A DNA stretch of 62,870 bases from a virus. Lineage: Duplodnaviria > Caudoviricetes. The position numbers and the translations under genes are program-made. The number at the start of each line of letters is the position of its first letter. Positions within the stretch are counted from its first letter, which is position 1. The notes beneath the pieces were generated by a model that was given only the letters and a program-made list of their open reading frames with translations, was not told the origin of the DNA and ran no database searches. Below are positions 35,808-46,083 of this stretch, piece after piece. The stretch lies in IMG/VR virus record IMGVR_UViG_3300037066_000002, positions 1-62,870 of that record; one strand, 5' to 3'.

Positions 35808-37022
35808 TTGCATAACCTTCTCGTCTACGGAGACGCCGTTGACGGACACAGCGGCCTCGGTCGCATCGCCCGTGACCTGTCCCTGATCGCCAACACGATG
35901 CCGGAATTCAAGGTCGGCAGCTTCGGCCGCGGCGCTGTCGGCTCAGTGCGGCTTCCGTTCCCGCAGTATTCGTTCTCCGAAGCCGACCAGTGGGGCGAGA
36001 ACCAAATCATGAAGGTTTGGCGCGACTTCACGCGGGGAAGCGGATTGGGCTCGATTATGACCGTTTGGGATGCCTCCCGGCTGCTGTGGTTCACTGGACT
36101 CGCGGCGACTGGCAATCAGGAGCTTGACGCCTTCCTCGGAAACCGCACGTTCAAGAAGTGGGGATACTTCATGGTAGACGGAACTGGGCCGGATGGCCTG
36201 ACGCTTCCCTATGAATCCCGTGCCGTGATGTCGCAGTATGATCGTGTCCTGGTGGCTTCCGATTGGGGCGCACAGGTGGCACGGCGGTCGGGGATCGAGT
36301 GCGAGTGGATTCCGCATCCGATTGACGGGGATAAGTTTTGTTGGCGGTACGAGGAGTGTAGCGCTCCGTTTCGTGAGAATGATCGTGGAATGCTAGGGGT
36401 TGACGGGCGCATCGTCCTCGGTTGCGTGATGACCAACCAGGCCCGCAAGGACTGGCCGACTGCATTCGCTACCGCAGCACTACTGGCGAAGAAGTATCGC
36501 AGCAAGTTCCTGTTTTGGGTCCACACGGATTCGCCGGCCTTTACGCCGGGATCTTACTGGAACCTGCACGCGCTCGCAGTCGATTACGGGTTGCCACCTG
36601 AGTGCCTGCGGATCACGATTACCGGCACACACACGGATTCGATGATGGCCGCGTTCTACAACGCTTGCGACGTGACGATGCTCGTGAGCGGCGGGGAGGG
36701 ATTCGGCTACCCTGTGGCCGAATCCCTGTGCTGCGGGTGCCCTGTGGTGACCCAAGACTATGCGGCGGCGGCGGAACTGATCCCCGATGCGTACTCAGAT
36801 TGGCGGATTCCGGTAAATGCGTTCAAGCTCGAAACCAACCACAACATTCTGCGGGCCGTGCATTCGCCGTATCGGTGGGCGCAGAAGATTGAGGAACTGG
36901 TGGAGTTGGGGCGCGTCGAGGGCGATGAGTGGCGGGCGGAATTGGCCGACAGCATGAAGCATCTGCATATCGGGAACCTGAAGGCGGTTTGGAAGAGATG
37001 GCTGGTGGAGGGGTTGCGATGA
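35808..37022 (+). CDS. GT-B glycosyltransferase (GT4-like)
   Basis: SGLGRIARDL, NQARKD, FYNACDV...GEGFGYPVAE. Confidence 0.9.
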   Translation: MHNLLVYGDAVDGHSGLGRIARDLSLIANTMPEFKVGSFGRGAVGSVRLPFPQYSFSEADQWGENQIMKVWRDFTRGSGLGSIMTVWDASRLLWFTGLAATGNQELDAFLGNRTFKKWGYFMVDGTGPDGLTLPYESRAVMSQYDRVLVASDWGAQVARRSGIECEWIPHPIDGDKFCWRYEECSAPFRENDRGMLGVDGRIVLGCVMTNQARKDWPTAFATAALLAKKYRSKFLFWVHTDSPAFTPGSYWNLHALAVDYGLPPECLRITITGTHTDSMMAAFYNACDVTMLVSGGEGFGYPVAESLCCGCPVVTQDYAAAAELIPDAYSDWRIPVNAFKLETNHNILRAVHSPYRWAQKIEELVELGRVEGDEWRAELADSMKHLHIGNLKAVWKRWLVEGLR

Positions 37023-37312
37023 GATGGCTGTTGAGTATTTATCGCGAATGGAAAGCATCTCGAGAAATCGACCGCGCAGTACTGAACCGAAAGGTCAAGG
37101 ACGCTTCCAAAACTCTATTGATCGTTTACGATCACGGTAAAATTTCCAAACTTCAGGCGCATTCAATTGCGCTAACACTTCTGGATCGCGGATACTACGC
37201 GCTCATCGTCCGATGCTTTATGTCGGATAAACCTTTTCAGGTTTTTGATCTGTCTTCGTTGCCTGTTGCTGAAATGAAAACTGTCATGGAGACTATCGAG
37301 GAGTTGGGATGA
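37019..37312 (+). CDS. Hypothetical protein
   Basis: ATGA coupling on both sides. Confidence 0.55.
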   Translation: MRWLLSIYREWKASREIDRAVLNRKVKDASKTLLIVYDHGKISKLQAHSIALTLLDRGYYALIVRCFMSDKPFQVFDLSSLPVAEMKTVMETIEELG

Positions 37313-38016
37313 CCTGCGACATCTACACCGTAAAATGCAAGGGTCCGGGTCTTGTCATTCCCAATACTTTCCCCATCACGGTAATTGACAACTCTGACAA
37401 TTCCCGAACCCCCTGCGAATGCTACCGAGACGCATACCTTACGTCGAATCAGCACCCTCCTGATTTTTTGGTCTACATCCACGACGACGTTACTATTCAC
37501 GATGCCGAATGGCTTGACCAAGTTATTTCCGTCTTTGAGGAGCATCCCGATTGCGCGGTTGTCGGACTCGGCGGCGCGACTGAACTGGGACGCGAGGGAC
37601 TTTACAAGAGGCCGTACCGGATCACGGATATGGCACGCGGAGGGTATGCAAGTAATCAGACGGATTGGGCGGTTCACGGGGATCTGCTCAGTGACGTGCG
37701 ACGTGTTGCTGTTGTTGACGCCTTCTTCATGGCGGTTCGCACAGACTTTATTGCTGATATTGGCGGCTGGCCTGTGGGCAAGTTGTCTCATCACTGTCTT
37801 GATCTCTGGCTTGCTTGTGAAGCGGCGCGGACTGGTAAGCTAACCTACGCGGTCCCGGTGAGTTGCACGCATCACGGCGGCGGAACTTCAACGAACAGGG
37901 TCTACACCGAAGCAAAGTGGCTCCAGGGAGAGAATGTGATTTCCGATCATCAGCGGCCCCACGTTTGGCTGCATGAAAATTATCGGGACGTGTTGCCGAT
38001 CAAGGTAAGGCTATGA
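37309..38016 (+). CDS. GT-A glycosyltransferase-like protein
   Basis: LVYIHDDV, VVGLGG, VVDAFFMAVR, DLWLA. Confidence 0.8.
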   Translation: MTCDIYTVKCKGPGLVIPNTFPITVIDNSDNSRTPCECYRDAYLTSNQHPPDFLVYIHDDVTIHDAEWLDQVISVFEEHPDCAVVGLGGATELGREGLYKRPYRITDMARGGYASNQTDWAVHGDLLSDVRRVAVVDAFFMAVRTDFIADIGGWPVGKLSHHCLDLWLACEAARTGKLTYAVPVSCTHHGGGTSTNRVYTEAKWLQGENVISDHQRPHVWLHENYRDVLPIKVRL

Positions 38017-38735
38017 CGAACATCATCATGCTCATTGGGCCGGGTCGCTACAGGCTTACCCGGCAGGCGCTCGAAACGCTTGGGATGTACACTCCAGAGC
38101 CATGCACAATTACCCTTGTTTGCGATGGGGTGGATTTTCGTACTGGTTCAGTTGTAGGTAACTTCAGCAGTCACTTCAAAGATGTTTCCTTTTTGCACGT
38201 CGAGAACTCCGGTCACACCCTTTCGCAACTGAAGAACCTCGGAGTGGCGTGGTCCGAGCAACGGTTCGGTCGCGGAGACTGGCTTTACATTTCGGATTCG
38301 GACGTGGCGTTCACGCCGGGATGGCTGGAGAAGTTGACTACGTTCGCAGAAGATACCGAAGAGGCCGGTGCGCGTCTTTGGGGAGGTCAGATCCACCCCT
38401 TCCATCAACCTATTGGTGAATTAACTGAAAGCGGGATTGGAATCGAAGGAAGCCGCATTTGGGGAACCTGGCATTCAGTTCTCGATGGCCCTTCCTGGTT
38501 GATGCGATGGGAGACGTGGAATTCCGCTGGGCCATTTGATCGCACTACCGCTCCGGGTGTCTGCCAGTCGGAAGAATACAGCGTGTGCGAACGCATTGGA
38601 AAAAATAATGGCCGCATCGGAGTAATTAACCCGTATGTAGTGTGGCACACCGGCCTGACCCATCTGGACGGCCATGACTGCGTAGGACGCAAGGAACGAG
38701 AAGCAATGATACCGAAGGGAATACTGGCCGAATGA
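38013..38735 (+). CDS. GT2-like glycosyltransferase
   Basis: KNLGV...YISDSDVAFTPGWLEKL. Confidence 0.8.
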   Translation: MTNIIMLIGPGRYRLTRQALETLGMYTPEPCTITLVCDGVDFRTGSVVGNFSSHFKDVSFLHVENSGHTLSQLKNLGVAWSEQRFGRGDWLYISDSDVAFTPGWLEKLTTFAEDTEEAGARLWGGQIHPFHQPIGELTESGIGIEGSRIWGTWHSVLDGPSWLMRWETWNSAGPFDRTTAPGVCQSEEYSVCERIGKNNGRIGVINPYVVWHTGLTHLDGHDCVGRKEREAMIPKGILAE

Positions 38736-39304
38736 TTACTTTTGACGAAGCCTTTGAACTGACTCGTAACGTGTCCTCCAACGCGGCTTTCTCCGATCTG
38801 GAGTGCCGCACGTTCTGGGATCTTCTGAACACGCTGCCCGCGTCGGCTAACGTGGTTGAGATCGGTTGTCAACTCGGGCGCACCAGCAGTTTGATCCTGC
38901 AAGCGGCGAAGAATCGCGGGTTTGTTCCCGATTTCATCGACCCGTGGACCGAGCAGCCGGATTACTGCCGTCAGTGGATGGTGATGGCACACTCGGTCGG
39001 AGTCCCGTTTCGCCTGCACATGATGCGAACGGATCAGACGGAGCATATCGGAAAATACGGAATCGATTTCCTTCTGATAGACGGTGACCACACGGCGCAA
39101 GGAGTGAAGACCGACACGACGATGATGATGGGCCGCATGAAGCGCGGCGGGATCGTCTGCGTTCACGACTATGGGAGCGACTCGCTGCCGGATGTCTGGG
39201 AGCAGATCAACATCTATCTCGCGAACAGGTGGCAGAAGAATCTCTGGGAACCAATGGTGATTGCGGACACGCTCGGCGTATGGCGGAGGTCACAGTTTGC
39301 TTAG
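38732..39304 (+). CDS. Class I SAM methyltransferase (Methyltransf_24-like)
   Basis: VVEIGCQLGRTS, IDFLLIDGDHT, VHDY. Confidence 0.88.
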   Translation: MITFDEAFELTRNVSSNAAFSDLECRTFWDLLNTLPASANVVEIGCQLGRTSSLILQAAKNRGFVPDFIDPWTEQPDYCRQWMVMAHSVGVPFRLHMMRTDQTEHIGKYGIDFLLIDGDHTAQGVKTDTTMMMGRMKRGGIVCVHDYGSDSLPDVWEQINIYLANRWQKNLWEPMVIADTLGVWRRSQFA

Positions 39305-39797
39305 GCTGAACTGCGGGTCGGGGCAAAGACCGTTCGATAAACCGTGGATTAACATCGACACTCAGGAGCGGTGGAATCCTGACCTTCTCAGCGATATGTC
39401 GGCGCTTCCGTATGACGACAATAGCGCGGAACTGATCGTCGGGCACCACGTACTGGAGCATTTCGAGATCGGCAAGGCCGATGACCTGATTCGGGAATGG
39501 CATCGGGTTCTTGCGCCGGGAGGGTCGCTGCTGATCTTCGTGCCTGATCTGCGGGCGCTTGTCGAGGCGTGGCGAGACGGCAAGATTGACGACTACATTT
39601 TCGGGGTCAATCTGCACGGTGCCTTTATGGGTCACGAGGCCGACATTCATCGCTGGAGTTACACGTTTGAGACGCTGACCGCAAAGTTGCGCAAGGCGGC
39701 GCACTGGCGGGAAGTCAAGAGATTCGACTGGCGGAAAGTGGCGGGCGCAAATCTGGCTCAGGATTGGTGGGTCTTGGCGGTTGAGGCGGTGAAATGA
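39297..39797 (+). CDS. Class I SAM methyltransferase-like protein
   Basis: RLNCGSG, WINID, HVLEH, WHRVLAPGG.L...VPD. Confidence 0.85.
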   Translation: MLRLNCGSGQRPFDKPWINIDTQERWNPDLLSDMSALPYDDNSAELIVGHHVLEHFEIGKADDLIREWHRVLAPGGSLLIFVPDLRALVEAWRDGKIDDYIFGVNLHGAFMGHEADIHRWSYTFETLTAKLRKAAHWREVKRFDWRKVAGANLAQDWWVLAVEAVK

Positions 39798-40021
39798 AGT
39801 ATCTACGTTTTGAATGGAGGCCATATGGATGCGAAGTTATACCGTACTCAGTTCATTACTGGTTCCACTTTTTCCTTCGGTACCTGACATTTGGATTTGG
39901 CTATCGAGTGTGGTGGGGAATTGCCGAGCCTCGGGGATATATGCCTGATCTCGTAAACGCGCTGGCTAAATACTTCCCGGAGCAGCCCATGAAATCAAGC
40001 ACTACGAGAACCATCGCATGA
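39794..40021 (+). CDS. Aromatic-rich hypothetical protein
   Basis: ATGA coupling on both sides. Confidence 0.5.
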   Translation: MKYLRFEWRPYGCEVIPYSVHYWFHFFLRYLTFGFGYRVWWGIAEPRGYMPDLVNALAKYFPEQPMKSSTTRTIA

Positions 40022-40710
40022 AAACTCTGATCTGCATTTTAGCCCACAACAATTTGACACTGACCAAAGCCTGTGTAGCCAGCGCGCTGAAGCAGGATGT
40101 TCCCTGCGACGTACTGGTGTTCGACAACGCTTCGAGCGATAATACCCCGCAATGGTTAGGGGCGACAGGAACAATCGTCATCGCCGTCAAAGATCGAATG
40201 TCCGTGGCTGGATGCTGGAACTTCGTTCTGGAGTTGGCGTTTACGCCGGGGAAGTACGATGCTGTTTTAGTTTTGAATAATGACACCGAGGTAAGAGAGG
40301 ATTGCGTTCGCTGGCTGTCTGCCGATCCGGCTCCGTTCGTGACAGCCATCAGCGTCCGCACGCGCGAGGAGATGAACTACCCGAACCCTCCAACAACGAG
40401 ACGGCCTCATCCTGATTTCTCCTGCTTCATGATTAAGTGCGAATGCTGGAAGCGGGTGGGGAGATTCGATGAGAGATTCGAGGTCGCATTCTTTGAGGAC
40501 AACGACTATCACGTTCGGGCGCACCGGGCGGGCGTCGAACTGATCGGTATCGATCTTCCCTTCCTGCACCACGGATCGCAAACGGTCAAACGAGCCGATC
40601 CAGCGGAAATGCGGATGATCCAGCGGGCGGCTGAAAGAAACCGCAAACTCTTCCGGTCGATCTACGGATGCGAGCCGGGAAGCAAGGATTATGAGAACCT
40701 GTTTGTATGA
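40018..40710 (+). CDS. GT2 glycosyltransferase
   Basis: VFDNASSD, VLNNDT, FDERF..FFEDND. Confidence 0.9.
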   Translation: MKTLICILAHNNLTLTKACVASALKQDVPCDVLVFDNASSDNTPQWLGATGTIVIAVKDRMSVAGCWNFVLELAFTPGKYDAVLVLNNDTEVREDCVRWLSADPAPFVTAISVRTREEMNYPNPPTTRRPHPDFSCFMIKCECWKRVGRFDERFEVAFFEDNDYHVRAHRAGVELIGIDLPFLHHGSQTVKRADPAEMRMIQRAAERNRKLFRSIYGCEPGSKDYENLFV

Positions 40711-40892
40711 AAGACGATTCCTTAATTCTCGAACCCTTGCCAGGTTCCACCCTGAGCATTCTGACTCTTCTCATCTGCATGATGCTCAGTTTCTCAATTG
40801 TCATGGCAATTAAATCGAGCCGAACCGTAACGCCATTCTGCGCTTGCCATCTCAGCGGCGGATGCAACTGCAAGCCGTGTAAGTGCCGTTAA
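40707..40892 (+). CDS. Small membrane protein with Cys-rich tail
   Basis: TM helix then CAC...CNCKPCKC. Confidence 0.45.
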   Translation: MKDDSLILEPLPGSTLSILTLLICMMLSFSIVMAIKSSRTVTPFCACHLSGGCNCKPCKCR

Positions 40893-41287
40893 TCCTTCTC
40901 CCGATACCGGGCATTAAGAATCCGCATCGATTCGTCGTGCGCCTGACGCCCAATCTTCTTCGGCCCCTGCGATACACGATGAGCCATCCTGACGCCCGAA
41001 GCCGTGTGGAGAACGCGGGCGGCGCGGTGATCGTCCATCCCATTGCCGTCGTGTAGCGCCTTCAGTTTCCCGCCGAATCCTTCCGCGTCTTCGTTCAGGT
41101 GATCGGTATCTTTTGCGCCCAGGTTCTTCACGAAGTTGTCGAGTTCTTCGGCGTGACCGTGACCGAATAAACGGGTACGATCCGCCTTGTTCATTCCCTT
41201 CCAGACTTCTTTGATATCTTCCACGGGAAGATAGGTCATTAGCGTGACGATGTGCTTTCCCGATGCGCGGTCTTCGACTGGTTTCAT
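40889..41287 (-). CDS. Hypothetical protein
   Basis: ATGA coupling. Confidence 0.65.
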   Translation of the reverse strand: MKPVEDRASGKHIVTLMTYLPVEDIKEVWKGMNKADRTRLFGHGHAEELDNFVKNLGAKDTDHLNEDAEGFGGKLKALHDGNGMDDHRAARVLHTASGVRMAHRVSQGPKKIGRQAHDESMRILNARYREKD

Positions 41288-43191
41288 TGTGGCGGTGGCT
41301 CCGGTGCCTGAGCGAGATCGGGCATTTTCGCCTGATCGATCTTCGACCTGATAGCCCGAATCAGTTGCTGGTGCGTGCTGTCCTCGAAGTCCGGTTCATA
41401 GTCGAGTCCCTTGTATCCGGTTTTCGGAACAGGGTTCCCGACCTGCTGGCCGAACGATTTCGCGTCATTCAGGTGTTGGCGAAGATCAGGGCCTTGGCCT
41501 TGAATCAGCCGATCCAGTTCGGGAAACTGTATCCCTTTCGACTGGAAGTACTCCGCGAGATTCTTCACCTTGTTTTCGGTGCTGGTGAGATGCCCTTTTT
41601 GACTTGTGTTGCGTGCGGGGCCGGCGAGAGGCGGCTGCGTTGCATCCGTTTCGATAGGCGGAGTATCCGAAGCAATGGCCACGGGAAGATGCGTTGCTCC
41701 GGCCTGTTGGGCGGCCGCAACCCGGCGATCTCCACTCGTCAGACTGACACGGCCCGTTTCTGGGTCCAAATGCCCAAACGCAGCGGGTGGTTCGCTGCCA
41801 GCGCGGAACATGTCCGCATACCTGAAAATGTCGCCTGCTTTCGCCGGATCTGCCATTGCATCGGCACCGGCGTCGATCTTGTCCAGCGGAACGCGGTACA
41901 CTCCGAAACCTGGGCCGACGCCGCCTCCGGTTCCTTCAGGGTTATCGCGGGCATCGGTGCGGCGAATGAATTCGTAGGGTGCTGCGGCGGCCGGCGCTTC
42001 TGCCGGGGACGGCGCGGGGACAGGAATTGGTTCCGGTGAAGTTCTGGCCCCCTTCCCAAATGAAGAGGTTCCTGGAACCTCCAGCATTGACGGCGGCGCG
42101 GGAGGCTTACGATTCCACGGTTCCACGAGAGGTCCAGACTTCGGAATCGCGGTGAACTTGTCGAAGTTTGGAACCTGCGCATCGGCAGGGATCATGTCGG
42201 GAGCGTTAACCCACGGAACATCACCCGTGGAAGGCGGCGGAGAATATGGCGACGGGCGGCCCGAAGCGCTACCCGCACCACTGGGGAACGTGCTTGTTTT
42301 TCCACGAACCGATGATGCGGTGCCACTGAACCCTGGCCCAGGTTCGGAGTGGGCGGTAGCAGTTGGCGGGGGCGGAATGTCAGCGGGAGGGGTGAATGAT
42401 CCGGTGCGCGGCTTAACGCCGGTTACGCCGGATGGTTTCTGTACTGGAACAGGCGCGGTTATCTGCTGCGCCATTTTCTTCGCCTGAAACAATTCCTCCT
42501 GAGATTGCGGAGGACGCCCCATACGTTCCTCGAAGAGTTTGGAGGGGTCCGCTTTGATTTGCTCGGTAAGCGCTTTTGATGCCGGATCTCCTCGACGTGA
42601 AAGATATTGGGCGAAGTCCCAGAAGTTCTTGATCTTTCCTTCCGGCATCTCGCGGAGAATTTGCCCAATCTTGTTTTCTCCGAAAGCAGTTATTCCGCTG
42701 GCCAGTAGCCCTGCGACTCCTCCCAGAAACGGGCTTCCGCTGTACTTCGTTACCTCGTGATCGGTGATCGAACCGGCTGCAATACCACCCGCTGCCTTGA
42801 GAAGAAACGGGGTAAGTTTACCGGCTGAAATGGCGGCCCCTGCCTCGAATCCGGTAGCGGGAATACTGGCGACTAAAGCCTGTGACTGAGGGGAAGCAAT
42901 CGCATCTCCGGTCTTCGGATTAACGAGCGGAGTCTGTCCGCCAACCGCTGAGTAAGCGTAGTCTGGATTATCGAAGATCGACCCGGTAAACTCTCTCTGT
43001 TGTCCGGGGCGTGGAGGCCCAACAGCAACCGAAGGGGATGTAGGCGATGGCTTCGCACTGTGAATGAACGTCTGAAAGTCCTGATCGCTGAGATTTGCAA
43101 AGCGTGCGTCTACCGCCGCTAACGCCTGCTTCTGCTGGTCGGCGGGGAGTTGGGCAAAACGCGGATCTGCGATGAGGCTCTGAACGCTCAT
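41284..43191 (-). CDS. Putative ejection (internal virion) protein with ParB/Srx-like segment
   Basis: DPRFAQLPADQQKQAL N-terminus, hydrophobic segment, Pro-rich linker, LTSGDRRVAAA. Confidence 0.6.
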   Translation of the reverse strand: MSVQSLIADPRFAQLPADQQKQALAAVDARFANLSDQDFQTFIHSAKPSPTSPSVAVGPPRPGQQREFTGSIFDNPDYAYSAVGGQTPLVNPKTGDAIASPQSQALVASIPATGFEAGAAISAGKLTPFLLKAAGGIAAGSITDHEVTKYSGSPFLGGVAGLLASGITAFGENKIGQILREMPEGKIKNFWDFAQYLSRRGDPASKALTEQIKADPSKLFEERMGRPPQSQEELFQAKKMAQQITAPVPVQKPSGVTGVKPRTGSFTPPADIPPPPTATAHSEPGPGFSGTASSVRGKTSTFPSGAGSASGRPSPYSPPPSTGDVPWVNAPDMIPADAQVPNFDKFTAIPKSGPLVEPWNRKPPAPPSMLEVPGTSSFGKGARTSPEPIPVPAPSPAEAPAAAAPYEFIRRTDARDNPEGTGGGVGPGFGVYRVPLDKIDAGADAMADPAKAGDIFRYADMFRAGSEPPAAFGHLDPETGRVSLTSGDRRVAAAQQAGATHLPVAIASDTPPIETDATQPPLAGPARNTSQKGHLTSTENKVKNLAEYFQSKGIQFPELDRLIQGQGPDLRQHLNDAKSFGQQVGNPVPKTGYKGLDYEPDFEDSTHQQLIRAIRSKIDQAKMPDLAQAPEPPPQ

Positions 43192-45335
43192 TTATTCAGG
43201 TGGTCCTTGATTAAGTCCTGAAGAAGAGTGCTGCCTGTGGGCTGATTCATTTGATGGTTGCCCTGCGGGACCATCTGGGCATACCCCTGCATCCATGACT
43301 TAGCCACATTCAGTTGCTGACGAAGAGTGCCTGGATCTTTAGCAGCAAGGGCCGTCTGCCAGTGTTCGACCATCGGGAGTGAACCGCCGGCGCGAACGCC
43401 GCCGTGAGCCATTGCGACTGCGGATTGCAGGAACGTCAGGTTCGTCGCAAGTTTCGAGAAGATGTGGTCTTTCGTCGGGTCTTCCCCGAGTTTCCCGGTT
43501 AAAAAGTCATTCCACCGGGTTGCGACAAGTCCCAGTTCCCGGGCCTTGTCCGCTTCGTCAATAATCCCCTGGACCTGATTCAGATGTTCGAGAACCGTCG
43601 ATGCTTGCGCCGCACGGTCCCGCATGGAACCTGTGACGTTGTTCGGGTCAACGCCCAATTGCGCCATGCGGGCCGTTACGAGCTTCTTATCGCGGGCATC
43701 CATCAAGCCTCGTGCCGCCGTTTCGTCCTTTGCCATGAGAGCAACGAGGTTGTCGATTCGGTTCGATGGGTTGAAGGGGGCGACGGCTTTGGGAAGTGAG
43801 CCAGACCCAGCGCCCGGAGTTGTCTGAGTTGTCGGCTTTGTTCCGGTCGGTGCGGTCGTTGAAGCGCCGGGAGAAGGAGGAATAACGACTCCGCTTTTTC
43901 GCGTGGTCGATGGGTTTCCCGCTTCATCCATTGTGGTTGTACTGCCCGATGTGTGTTCCAGCGTTCCGGTTTTCAGACGCCGTAACGGAGATCCATCCGG
44001 CGCGGTAGCGGCAATCGTATTTCCGGCGCGGTCTTTGCGGACCCCGATTTCGTAATGCGGGTCTTGAGGATCAAGAACCCATGTGGTCGCTTGCGGAGCG
44101 ACAACAGTACTAGGTCCACCGCCTGGAGCGGTGAGTTTGCCGCCATTGGCGAGCGCGGTATTCGTGCTTTCCTTACCCTGCTCTCCGGCGGTATTCGTGG
44201 TTGTCGTAGTTCCAGCCCATCCCTGGTAAGCGCCGGGAAGAATCTGCCCGGTTCGCGAGCGCAGCGCGGTCCACTTGCCGGTTGCGGAGGGTGGCAGTCC
44301 ATATAACGCCTTCTGGTCGGGTGCCATATCTGTGGCGTCGATCTGCTCTTTTTGCGGAGTTCCGAAGACGGTATTTATCATCGCCGTCATGCCGGTAGCT
44401 CCGTTGCCGCCCTGAACCGTTTCCATGCGAATGATATTGGCAAACTGCGGATCTACAGTTTTCAGGTATGGCTCGATAGCGGCGAGTTTACGCTGCGCAA
44501 ACTGCAAGGCGGTTTCGTTTGTCGCCCGCTGTTCCGTCTGCGCGTCCTGAATGGCGCGGTTGATTGCGGCATCGTGAGTAAGCCCACCGAGAGAGTTGTG
44601 AGTCTGATCCCATGCCGGCGGCGGAGCGATAGCCGCTGCCTGTTGCGGGCTGGCGAGTTCGACTCCGTTCGGCGCGGGAGATCCCTGAGTTGGAGGAAGC
44701 GCCTGAAGCGCCTGGGCCTGCATATTACCGGCCTGTTCGGCGGGAGCGGCCTGTTGCGGAGATTGCTGAACGCCGGGAGGCGGCGGAACACTGAGCGCAC
44801 TCTGGCCACCGCCCTGCGCATTATTGGCGGGGGCCGAGGAGGGGTTTTGGGTAGGATTAAGCGACGGGAACTGAGAGGCATTTAATCCCCCGGCTATTCC
44901 GGTCGGAGGAGGCGGAATGCCGGGGGCGGCCTGCGCTGCGTTCCATGAGGGCATGACTGCCCCGTTGGGAGCGGGTCCAGTCTGCGACTGGCCGGGAGGC
45001 GGCGCGGGAATTTGGCCTTGCTGCCCAATACTGGCCGGGATAGGCGCTTGTCCACTGCGGCGCTGTTGTGCGAGCATGGCCCACTGAGACGGATCGAAAG
45101 GTCCACCCGGCTTCTGAATTTGTTTGTGCAGTTTCGCCGGGTCAGTCGCCGCTGCCTGAAGCATGGTGTTCGCGATCTGGTCGTGAACATCCTGCATCAG
45201 CGGGTCCTTGAGAAGCGACTGGTAGTTGTCGAGAAGATTTCGTTTTGCTTCGATCTGATTTTGAATGCCGATCAACTGCTGCTGGTGGAAATGATCCCCC
45301 AGCGCTCCTGCTAATCCTGAAAAAAATCCGCCCAT
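43188..45335 (-). CDS. Putative ejection protein
   Basis: MGGFFSGLAGALG start, Gln/Pro/Ala-rich; position. Confidence 0.6.
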   Translation of the reverse strand: MGGFFSGLAGALGDHFHQQQLIGIQNQIEAKRNLLDNYQSLLKDPLMQDVHDQIANTMLQAAATDPAKLHKQIQKPGGPFDPSQWAMLAQQRRSGQAPIPASIGQQGQIPAPPPGQSQTGPAPNGAVMPSWNAAQAAPGIPPPPTGIAGGLNASQFPSLNPTQNPSSAPANNAQGGGQSALSVPPPPGVQQSPQQAAPAEQAGNMQAQALQALPPTQGSPAPNGVELASPQQAAAIAPPPAWDQTHNSLGGLTHDAAINRAIQDAQTEQRATNETALQFAQRKLAAIEPYLKTVDPQFANIIRMETVQGGNGATGMTAMINTVFGTPQKEQIDATDMAPDQKALYGLPPSATGKWTALRSRTGQILPGAYQGWAGTTTTTNTAGEQGKESTNTALANGGKLTAPGGGPSTVVAPQATTWVLDPQDPHYEIGVRKDRAGNTIAATAPDGSPLRRLKTGTLEHTSGSTTTMDEAGNPSTTRKSGVVIPPSPGASTTAPTGTKPTTQTTPGAGSGSLPKAVAPFNPSNRIDNLVALMAKDETAARGLMDARDKKLVTARMAQLGVDPNNVTGSMRDRAAQASTVLEHLNQVQGIIDEADKARELGLVATRWNDFLTGKLGEDPTKDHIFSKLATNLTFLQSAVAMAHGGVRAGGSLPMVEHWQTALAAKDPGTLRQQLNVAKSWMQGYAQMVPQGNHQMNQPTGSTLLQDLIKDHLNK

Positions 45336-45344
45336 ATCGCTCCT

Positions 45345-46061
45345 TTAGGACCCGCCCACTCCATCGAAACCGCCGGATGAACTATTCGCGGCTCCCTTTC
45401 CGATACCTCCGATTGCTCCCGAGATCAGACCGCCGATACCGGGAATCGCAGCGCTCAGAACTGGCCCGAGAAGTTTTCCCCACAGTCCGCCGTTCTGCTG
45501 TGCCTGCGTGTAACTCTGCTGCTGCTGGCTCAACCCATAGTTCAGCAGGTTGTTGTTCGCCTGATTGCCGATCTGGCCGAACTGCGCACCCGCTCCCGCC
45601 GCCGATGCGCCGAGCGCTCCTTGTGCTGTCGCGGCTGACTGAAGACCGGCCGGAGCGCCCGCGCGGGCAGCGGCGTACTGAGATGCGATATCTTTTTGCG
45701 CCTCAAACGGGAGATCGAACAGGGTCGAACTCCTTCCCCCTCCGCGCGGCGCCAGGGTCGATCCGGTTTGAAGTGCGGTGTTTAATCCGCCCTCAGTCTG
45801 AGCGATCTGCGGTTGCATCTGGTTCAGGGTGGCTTGCTTATTGCCGTTCATGATCGTCTGAAACCAGTTGGCTACCGGAGCGAGATTATTCAGGCCGGAG
45901 TTCAGTCCCTGCGATCCCTGTGCGCCATAACTGTTCATGAAGTTGGCGGCACTCGTTCCGGTCGATCCGAGCGTGGACGTGGCCGTATTGGTTTGGGCTG
46001 AACTTGGACCGGGCGGAACGCTTCCTCCGCCTCCTCCGAACAGGGATGTCAAGAAGCTCAT
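45345..46061 (-). CDS. Putative DNA ejection/pilot protein
   Basis: MSFLTSLFGGGG, Gly/Ala/Gln-rich, hydrophobic C-terminus. Confidence 0.65.
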   Translation of the reverse strand: MSFLTSLFGGGGGSVPPGPSSAQTNTATSTLGSTGTSAANFMNSYGAQGSQGLNSGLNNLAPVANWFQTIMNGNKQATLNQMQPQIAQTEGGLNTALQTGSTLAPRGGGRSSTLFDLPFEAQKDIASQYAAARAGAPAGLQSAATAQGALGASAAGAGAQFGQIGNQANNNLLNYGLSQQQQSYTQAQQNGGLWGKLLGPVLSAAIPGIGGLISGAIGGIGKGAANSSSGGFDGVGGS

Positions 46062-46083
46062 GTGTGTATTCTCTCAGATTTCA

